From Candidatus Saganbacteria bacterium (GTDB lineage: Bacteria > Margulisbacteria > WOR-1 > JAKLHX01), in assembly GCA_026387835.1 (NCBI GenBank), contig JAPLKZ010000007.1, positions 5,284-37,283 of the forward strand: a DNA stretch of 32,000 bases, given 5' to 3'. The notes beneath the pieces are model-generated. The model searched no databases. It was given only the letters and a program-made list of their open reading frames with translations, and had not been told where the DNA came from. A program made the translations under genes and the position numbers. This document shows, piece by piece, positions 25,987 through 32,000 of this stretch (position 1 is the first letter of the stretch; each line of letters begins with the position of its first letter).

Positions 25987-26472
25987 ATGGCCAAAGAGAT
26001 AAAACCCGGGAAAAAATTCAAATACGGCCTTGAGACCGTACTCAAGGTCAAAGAGATAAGGGAGAAGAAAGAACAGGAAAAATTCGCGACCAGGCAGAAA
26101 GAATATTACGTCGAAAAAACGAAAGAGCAGGAGATCCACGACACAAAAGACCAGCAGGCCAAGGAGTTCAAGAAGATCGTCGGGAAAGGCAGGATATCCG
26201 ATTTTTCGAAGGTGCTCCAGAGACGCCAGCACCTGGGCGTCCTCAAAGAGGAGCTCGATAACCAGATAGAAAAGGTGATAGACGCGAGCCAGAAACTCGA
26301 ACGGCAGAGGGAAAAACTGCTCGATTCCATGAAGGACAGGAAGATCATCGAAAAAGACAAAGAACATAAGCTCGACCAGTATAACGAAGTGATGAAGCTA
26401 TACGACATAAAATTCATGGATGAAATAGCCACATTAAGATTTAAAAGAGATAAGTTTGAAAAGGAGTCCTAG
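25987..26472 (+). CDS. coiled-coil protein, FliJ-like
   Basis: AGGAG RBS. The sequence is highly charged and helical. The N-terminal [24 protein letters not shown] and the C-terminal [27 protein letters not shown] resemble the FliJ family pattern. The call is by eye only. Confidence 0.55.
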   Translation: MAKEIKPGKKFKYGLETVLKVKEIREKKEQEKFATRQKEYYVEKTKEQEIHDTKDQQAKEFKKIVGKGRISDFSKVLQRRQHLGVLKEELDNQIEKVIDASQKLERQREKLLDSMKDRKIIEKDKEHKLDQYNEVMKLYDIKFMDEIATLRFKRDKFEKES

Positions 26473-26660
26473 ACCGCTTTTTTGATCTTCCCCGATTTCA
26501 TGCATTTGGTGCAGACATTTTCCCTGCGGACCTTGCCGTTGACGACGATCCTGATCTTTTGAAGATTAGGAAGCCACCGCCTAAGGGACTTCATGTTCGA
26601 ATGGCTCACGGTGTTACCCGAGAGCGGGCCTTTTTTGCAGATAAAACAGCGACGCGACAT
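26469..26660 (-). CDS. rpmB: 50S ribosomal protein L28
   Basis: I moved the start to the ATG at 26660, which has AGGAG 10 nt upstream. [34 protein letters not shown] is a typical L28 sequence. Confidence 0.92.
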   Translation of the reverse strand: MSRRCFICKKGPLSGNTVSHSNMKSLRRWLPNLQKIRIVVNGKVRRENVCTKCMKSGKIKKAV

Positions 26661-26681
26661 TGATTGATTGCTCCTATTAAA

Positions 26682-26710
26682 AATATACCATAAACATAAC
26701 GCGGTCGCAA
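26682..26710 (-). promoter_or_regulatory. rpmB promoter TTGCGA-17 nt-TGgTATATT
   Basis: On the - strand: TTGCGA (complement of 26705-26710), a 17-nt spacer, and TATATT (complement of 26682-26687) preceded by TGg. Confidence 0.5.
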
Positions 26711-26745
26711 CCCGCATTGAGAAGCATATCGCTTATCGCTCTCCG

Positions 26746-26754
26746 TGATAAAAT
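26746..26754 (+). promoter_or_regulatory. extended -10 box TGaTAAAAT 6 nt upstream of the recG ATG
   Basis: TGA at 26746-26748 and TAAAAT at 26749-26754, then ACTCTT, then ATG at 26761. No SD. Confidence 0.5.
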
Positions 26755-26760
26755 ACTCTT

Positions 26761-28836
26761 ATGCAGCAAAAATTGGATACTCCGGTCCAGTACCTCAAAG
26801 GCGTAGGGCCGCATATCGCAAAGCTTCTTTCAAAGGTAGGGGTCAAGACGGTCAACGACCTGATATTTTATTTTCCCCGTGACTGGGAAGACAGGCGCAA
26901 TATTATGCCGGTCTCAAATATTAAGGTCGGAGAGGATTGCCTGATAAAAGGAAGGCTCGGGGGAGCAGTCTTACAGAGGACAAAGAACAGGTTCGCGATA
27001 GTCAAAGCCATTATCAGCGATGACACGGGTTCAGTATGCGCGGCATGGTTCAACCAGCAGTTCCTTAAAAAGACTTTCGATAAAAATAAAGGCAAAAAGA
27101 TATTCATCGCGGGGAAGGCGGAGATGAACGGTTATTCAGGCGGGATGGAGATCGCGGTCAGGGATTTCGAGGTGCTTGAAGAGAACGAAAAAGAAGATGA
27201 CAGAATAGTCCCGGTATATCCTCTGACAGCAGGGCTTTACCAGAAAAGGCTCAGAAGGATCACAAAAACGATGTTGCCGGAATATGTTCCCGGAATTGAA
27301 GACCCTCTGCCGGATGAAATACAAAGACAATGCCGTCTTATCCCGATAAAAGCGGCGATCTCAGGGCTCCATTTTCCACTTAGCTTTGATGATGTTCATT
27401 CAGCAAGAAGAAGACTGGCGTTTGACGATCTTTTTATGATGCAGCTGGTCCTGGCGCTGCGCAGAAAACAGGTAAGGGTCGAAGGTAAAGGGATCGAATT
27501 CAAAATAGACCCTGTCTGGCTGGCAGCATTTGAGAAGACGCTGCCTTTCGAGCTTACAGGAGCCCAGAAAAAGGTCATCGAAGCGATAAAACTTGATATG
27601 TCCTCTCAAAAAGCGATGAACCGCCTGCTCCAGGGTGATGTAGGTTCCGGGAAAACGATCGTTGCCGTCGAAGCCGCGATAATAGCCGTAAAGAACGGAT
27701 ATCAGGCCGCGATAATGGCTCCGACGGAGATCCTCGCGCAGCAGCATTTTCAAAAGATCAGCAAATATGTCGAGCCGCTCGGTATCCCGGTGCTGCTTCT
27801 TACCGGAGGAGATAAAGCTTTAAATAAGAAAAAAATAAGGCAGTCATTCATGACGACAGAGGCGTGCATAGCGGTCGGGACACATGCCCTGATCTCGGAA
27901 GGAGTGGAGTTCTCAAATCTCGGCCTTGCGGTCATCGATGAACAGCACAGGTTCGGCGTCATCGAAAGATCAAAACTGAAGCAGAAAGGCCTGACGCCTG
28001 ATCTTCTTGTGATGACGGCTACTCCGATCCCGAGGACCCTTGCTCTGACCCTTTACGGTGATCTGGACAGGTCAAATATCGACGAGATGCCGCCGGGGCG
28101 CACACCGGCCATAACAAAATTCGTCGGCGGAAAGAACAGGCAGCAGATGCAGGAATTCATGAGGCAGAAAATAAACGAGGGGCAGCAGGTCTTTGTGGTG
28201 TGCCCTTTGATCGAAGAATCAGAGAAGTCAGACCTTGCTGCCGCTAAAGAGACTTCAAAAGGGCTGCAGACAATATTTCCGGAGTTTTGTGTCGGGCTTC
28301 TTCACGGGAAAATGAAGACCGCGGAAAAAGACGCTGTAATGCAGGATTTCAAGAATAACAAGATCCGTATCCTGGTCTCGACTACTGTCATCGAAGTAGG
28401 CATCGATATCCCGAACGCGTCGGTAATGGCCATAGAGCACGTCGAGCGCTTCGGCCTTTCACAGCTCCATCAGCTTCGCGGACGCATTGGAAGGGGGGCC
28501 GCGCAGTCATATTGTTTCCTTTTGGGAAATCCGGGCACGTATGAAGGCAAAGAAAGAGTGAGGACCATGGTCGAGACAACGGACGGTTTCAAAATTGCGG
28601 AAGCGGACCTCCGCCTCCGCGGGCCGGGGGAATTTCTCGGCATCAGGCAATCGGGCCTGCCCGAGTTCCGAGTTGCTGATATCATCAGGGATGAAGAGAT
28701 ACTAAAGGAAGCAAGAAAGATCGCTTTTGACCTCGTGTTGAAGGACCCGAAACTGGAGATGGAAGAACATATTCCTTTAAGGAAAGAACTGGACAGGAGA
28801 TTTTCGGAATTTATCGATAAGGATGTATTCAATTGA
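26761..28836 (+). CDS. recG: ATP-dependent DNA helicase RecG
   Basis: N-terminal [19 protein letters not shown], a wedge/OB region, Walker [16 protein letters not shown], and C-terminal helicase motifs. Confidence 0.95.
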   Translation: MQQKLDTPVQYLKGVGPHIAKLLSKVGVKTVNDLIFYFPRDWEDRRNIMPVSNIKVGEDCLIKGRLGGAVLQRTKNRFAIVKAIISDDTGSVCAAWFNQQFLKKTFDKNKGKKIFIAGKAEMNGYSGGMEIAVRDFEVLEENEKEDDRIVPVYPLTAGLYQKRLRRITKTMLPEYVPGIEDPLPDEIQRQCRLIPIKAAISGLHFPLSFDDVHSARRRLAFDDLFMMQLVLALRRKQVRVEGKGIEFKIDPVWLAAFEKTLPFELTGAQKKVIEAIKLDMSSQKAMNRLLQGDVGSGKTIVAVEAAIIAVKNGYQAAIMAPTEILAQQHFQKISKYVEPLGIPVLLLTGGDKALNKKKIRQSFMTTEACIAVGTHALISEGVEFSNLGLAVIDEQHRFGVIERSKLKQKGLTPDLLVMTATPIPRTLALTLYGDLDRSNIDEMPPGRTPAITKFVGGKNRQQMQEFMRQKINEGQQVFVVCPLIEESEKSDLAAAKETSKGLQTIFPEFCVGLLHGKMKTAEKDAVMQDFKNNKIRILVSTTVIEVGIDIPNASVMAIEHVERFGLSQLHQLRGRIGRGAAQSYCFLLGNPGTYEGKERVRTMVETTDGFKIAEADLRLRGPGEFLGIRQSGLPEFRVADIIRDEEILKEARKIAFDLVLKDPKLEMEEHIPLRKELDRRFSEFIDKDVFN

Positions 28837-29390
28837 GAGTAATATCAGGCTCCGCAAAAGGAAAAAAATTAAAGTTCCCCAAAAAAGCGTCGAAAGTGCG
28901 TCCGCTTTCGGACTTCGCGAAAGAAGCGCTTTTTAATATTCTCGCGGGCAGGGTCGAAGGCGCATATTTTCTTGATCTTTTCGCGGGCACCGGCCAGGTG
29001 GGGATCGAGGCCCTGAGCAGGGGCGCAAAGCTTGCTATCTTTGTCGAAACGGACAGGAATGCCGTTTCAGTTATCAGGGAAAACCTTGAACTTACCGGAT
29101 TTTCCGGTTGTGCTGAAATATTTTCAATAGACGCGGTCAAAGGGGTTTCCGTCTTAGACAAAAATAAGGCAAAATTCGACATTATATTTATCGGAGCCCC
29201 GTACGGCTTTGATATTCTTGAAAAAACATTGGAAAAGATCGCAAAAAGTGATATATTAAAGGAAAATACCGTGGTGATCGCCGAACACAGTAAAAGGCAT
29301 GTCCTGCCGGACAGCTATGAAGGGCTTATAAGGAACAGGCAGGAAAAGTACGGCGATACGGTGTTCTCGTTTTACGGAGGCGGCAAATGA
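28833..29390 (+). CDS. rsmD: 16S rRNA (guanine966-N2)-methyltransferase RsmD family
   Basis: The TTG start overlaps the recG stop (TTGA). [31 protein letters not shown], and SAM motif [19 protein letters not shown]. Motif IV reads GAPY instead of DPPY/F. Confidence 0.85.
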   Translation: MRVISGSAKGKKLKFPKKASKVRPLSDFAKEALFNILAGRVEGAYFLDLFAGTGQVGIEALSRGAKLAIFVETDRNAVSVIRENLELTGFSGCAEIFSIDAVKGVSVLDKNKAKFDIIFIGAPYGFDILEKTLEKIAKSDILKENTVVIAEHSKRHVLPDSYEGLIRNRQEKYGDTVFSFYGGGK

Positions 29391-29872
29391 AGATCGCGGT
29401 CTATCCGGGCAGTTTTGATCCGATAACTAACGGACATCTTGATATTATCGAACGCGCCATGAAGATATTTGACAAAATATTTATCGCGGTGCTGCGGAAC
29501 CCGGAAAAGAAACAGCATTTCAACCTTGAAGACAGGCTTGAGATGACAAAGGAAGCGGTCAAGAGCATCGCCGGCGTCGAGGTGGAAAGTTTTGAAGGCC
29601 TTCTGGTGGATTACGCGGTGCAGAAAAAAGCCTGCGCGATAATAAGGGGACTGAGAGCGGTCTCGGACTTCGAATATGAGTTCCAGCTGGCGCTGACCAA
29701 CGCGCATTTAAAACCGGAGATCGAAACGGTGTTCCTGATGACCGGGTCCAGATATTCATACTTAAGCTCAAGCCTCGTTCTCCAGATATCTTCTCTCGGG
29801 GGCGACATAAGCGATTTTGTCCCCGATACTGTGAACAAAAAAATCAAAGGGGGAATAAAATGGAAATATTAG
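29387..29872 (+). CDS. coaD: phosphopantetheine adenylyltransferase
   Basis: [28 protein letters not shown] overlap with rsmD. Confidence 0.95.
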   Translation: MKIAVYPGSFDPITNGHLDIIERAMKIFDKIFIAVLRNPEKKQHFNLEDRLEMTKEAVKSIAGVEVESFEGLLVDYAVQKKACAIIRGLRAVSDFEYEFQLALTNAHLKPEIETVFLMTGSRYSYLSSSLVLQISSLGGDISDFVPDTVNKKIKGGIKWKY

Positions 29873-30360
29873 GCCTGATCGACACTCTGGAATCGGTGAT
29901 CTGCGACAGTATAAAGATCCCTTTTACGGGGAAGACGATAGTGAACGAATCGGACATCCTGTCGATAATAGATAAGATGAGGCTGGTGCTGCAGAGCGGG
30001 GAAGGTTTTAGCAGGACAAAGATCGCCACAAAAGCCGGCGAGATGATGCTGCACGCGAAGCCGCATGAGGGTGCCGACGGCGCAAAAGCCGCACCGGCGG
30101 ACAATCCCGACGGAAAAGCGGCCGAAATAATCCAGCAGGCGTACCAGGTCTCAAAAGAGATCAGGGCGGGCGCGGACAGATACGCGGATGATGTCCTGGC
30201 GACGCTTGAAGCCACAACCGGCAGGATAATAAGGACGGTAAAGAACGGCAGGGTAAGGCTGAACAAAACAAACCCTTCGGACTCGCAGTATCAGGGCGCT
30301 TCCAGAGAACCGGTCCCGGAAATATTCACGCAGATCGACGCGCTGGAGACAAAGACTTGA
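29860..30360 (+). CDS. conserved hypothetical helical protein
   Basis: Overlaps coaD by 13 nt. The N-terminal LIDTLESVICDSIKIPFTGKTIVNESDILSIIDKMRL and the C-terminal IRAGADRYADDVLATLE resemble a family I recall being annotated loosely as ATPase subunit H-like. The central segment is Ala/Gly/Pro-rich. Confidence 0.6.
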   Translation: MEILGLIDTLESVICDSIKIPFTGKTIVNESDILSIIDKMRLVLQSGEGFSRTKIATKAGEMMLHAKPHEGADGAKAAPADNPDGKAAEIIQQAYQVSKEIRAGADRYADDVLATLEATTGRIIRTVKNGRVRLNKTNPSDSQYQGASREPVPEIFTQIDALETKT

Positions 30361-30379
30361 CACAAAAGGAAACTCTCTC

Positions 30380-31444
30380 TTGAAAGCCTTGATATTATCC
30401 GGCGGCGCGGGCACAAGGCTGCGTCCGCTAACGCACACGAACGCGAAACAACTGATCCCCATCGCGAATAAACCCATAATATTTTACGGTATCGAAGCGA
30501 TAGCCCGCGCCGGGATAAAAAATCTTGCGATAATCGTCGGAGATACGGCCGAAGATGTGATGAGAGAGGTCGGGGACGGCAGCCGCTGGGGCATAAGGAT
30601 CACCTATATAAGACAGGAAGCTCCTCTCGGCCTGGCGCACGCGGTGAAGATATCCCGGGATTTCATGAAGGACGATCCTTTCATAATGTACCTCGGGGAC
30701 AATATCCTGAAAGAAGACCTGAACGAGTTCGTGAACAAGTTCAATAATAACAAGCCGAATTCGCTGATCCTTCTGACAAAAGTGCCCAACCCCGAGCATT
30801 TCGGGGTCGCGGAGATCGATAAGGACGGCAACGTATTAAAACTTGTTGAAAAACCGAAACAGCCAAAAAGCGACCTTGCTCTTGTCGGGGTATACCTGTT
30901 CGATAAAAATATTTTCAAGGCCGTAAATTCCATAAGACCGTCGGCGAGGGGAGAGCTCGAGATAACCGACGCGATCCAATGGCTGATGGATAACGGGTTT
31001 AAAGTCGAGCATCACCGCGTCACGGGATGGTGGAAGGACACAGGAAAACCTTCGGACATCATCGAAGCGAACCGTCTTATTCTTGAGATGGCGGAAAGCA
31101 AAATATCCGGAAGCATCGATGAAAAAACCAAGGTAAACGGTGTAATAATTTTGGGTGCCGGCGCCAGCATAACCGGCAGCAGGATAAACGGACCGGTCGT
31201 GATCGGTGAAAATGTCAGGATCATTAACTCTTCGATAGGCCCGAACGTTTCGATAGCGTCCAATACGGTAGTAGAAAACAGTTCGGTCGAGAACAGTATA
31301 ATACTTGAAGAATGCAAAATAATAAATATAAAAAACCCGATATCGCAGAGCATACTCGGGAGAGGCGTTTCTATCGTTTGCCGGGAAGGCAAAAAAAATG
31401 TTGCTATTTTGGGCGATAGAAGTGATATAATATTGGCGAATTGA
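30380..31444 (+). CDS. glucose-1-phosphate thymidylyltransferase-like nucleotidyltransferase, long form with C-terminal beta-helix
   Basis: TTG start with AAAGGA 9 nt upstream. MKALILSGGAGTRLRPLTHTNAKQLIPIANKPII, EKPKQPKSDLALVGVY, and a C-terminal hexapeptide-like region. Confidence 0.8.
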   Translation: MKALILSGGAGTRLRPLTHTNAKQLIPIANKPIIFYGIEAIARAGIKNLAIIVGDTAEDVMREVGDGSRWGIRITYIRQEAPLGLAHAVKISRDFMKDDPFIMYLGDNILKEDLNEFVNKFNNNKPNSLILLTKVPNPEHFGVAEIDKDGNVLKLVEKPKQPKSDLALVGVYLFDKNIFKAVNSIRPSARGELEITDAIQWLMDNGFKVEHHRVTGWWKDTGKPSDIIEANRLILEMAESKISGSIDEKTKVNGVIILGAGASITGSRINGPVVIGENVRIINSSIGPNVSIASNTVVENSSVENSIILEECKIINIKNPISQSILGRGVSIVCREGKKNVAILGDRSDIILAN

Positions 31445-31453
31445 TATATATAA

Positions 31454-31492
31454 TTTATAACGGAGCGGGTTCGGGACCCTGTACGTTATAAA
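31454..31492. promoter_or_regulatory. intergenic hairpin (9-bp perfect inverted repeat enclosing a small GC hairpin)
   Basis: TTTATAACG (31454-31462) pairs with CGTTATAAA (31484-31492). The inner sequence contains GGGT..ACCC. TATAAT at 31495-31500 and AGGAG at 31506-31510 follow. Confidence 0.35.
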
Positions 31493-31516
31493 AATATAAT
31501 TATTTAGGAGATAAAT

Positions 31517-31972
31517 ATGATCGAGGGCGTCGAAACCAAAAAACTGAAAGTGATCCCCGATGAAAGAGGCCGATTGATGGAGATGCTGAGGAGCGATGAG
31601 CCGATATTTCAAAAATTCGGGCAGGTCTATATGACCACGGCATATCCCGGCGTTGTAAAAGGGTGGCATTACCATAAAAAACAATCCGACAATATGGTCG
31701 TAGTATCCGGGACGATGAAAATAGTCCTTTTTGACTCGAGGAGCGATTCAAAGACAAAAGGCGAGGTCAACGAGTTCTTTTTGGGGGATCACAACCCCTG
31801 TCTTCTCCGTATCCCGCCGTACGTCTATCACGGGTTCAAATGCGTAAGCGAAAAAGAGGCCATGGTGATAAACATTCCCACGGAAATGTATGATCACAAA
31901 GATCCTGACGAGTTCAGGGTTGACCCGCACAAGAATGATATCCCGTATAAATGGGACAGGAAGGACGGATAA
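31517..31972 (+). CDS. dTDP-4-dehydrorhamnose 3,5-epimerase-like cupin protein (short form)
   Basis: AGGAG RBS. KVIPDERGRLMEMLRSDEPIFQKFGQVYMTTAYPGVVKGWHYHKKQSD is typical of RmlC-related cupins. Confidence 0.65.
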   Translation: MIEGVETKKLKVIPDERGRLMEMLRSDEPIFQKFGQVYMTTAYPGVVKGWHYHKKQSDNMVVVSGTMKIVLFDSRSDSKTKGEVNEFFLGDHNPCLLRIPPYVYHGFKCVSEKEAMVINIPTEMYDHKDPDEFRVDPHKNDIPYKWDRKDG

Positions 31973-32000
31973 ATGAAACGGGTATTGGTCACCGGCGGGG
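31973..32000 (+). CDS. 5' end of an NAD-dependent sugar epimerase/dehydratase (partial, runs off the window)
   Basis: The ATG abuts the upstream TAA. MKRVLVTGG is the start of a Rossmann GxxGxxG motif. The context suggests a dTDP-glucose 4,6-dehydratase type. Confidence 0.45.

Overview
A densely coding, mostly + strand window from a moderate-GC bacterial chromosome; I cannot assign taxonomy from the sequence alone. From left to right it holds: an unplaced 228-aa gene and a soluble PAS histidine kinase; a GT5 glycogen synthase; tRNA-Leu(TAG), preceded by a hairpin-interrupted copy of its own 5' end; a secreted protein and a membrane protein with an exported beta-helix-like repeat domain. Next comes a ~10 kb tightly packed operon encoding an EF-G paralog, two GH57 glucanotransferase/amylase-type enzymes, a GalT-type HIT nucleotidyltransferase, a DUF4912 protein and a GH57 branching enzyme. 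It is followed by a low-GC ORF6N/ORF6C gene, then an NDP-sugar pyrophosphorylase fused to a phosphohexomutase-like domain with degenerate catalytic motifs, then a 135-bp inverted repeat built from heptamers. The rest is housekeeping: uvrB-dapA-rnj, a hydantoinase-family gene plus an orphan FliJ-like gene, rpmB, recG-rsmD-coaD-hyp, and the start of a dTDP-sugar cluster. I saw no CRISPR array, transposase, integrase or rRNA. The best candidate for an undescribed system is the GH57/GalT-like/DUF4912/EF-G-paralog operon, together with the nearby glgA and the fused nucleotidyltransferase. This looks like an alpha-glucan pathway with no GlgC, GlgP or GH13 enzymes in view and two members of unknown role. 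A second theme is promoter architecture: extended -10 boxes (TGnTAnAAT) sit 6-13 nt upstream of start codons that lack Shine-Dalgarno sequences, while internal operon genes carry strong AGGAGG sites. All family calls rest on motifs read by eye, with no database search.
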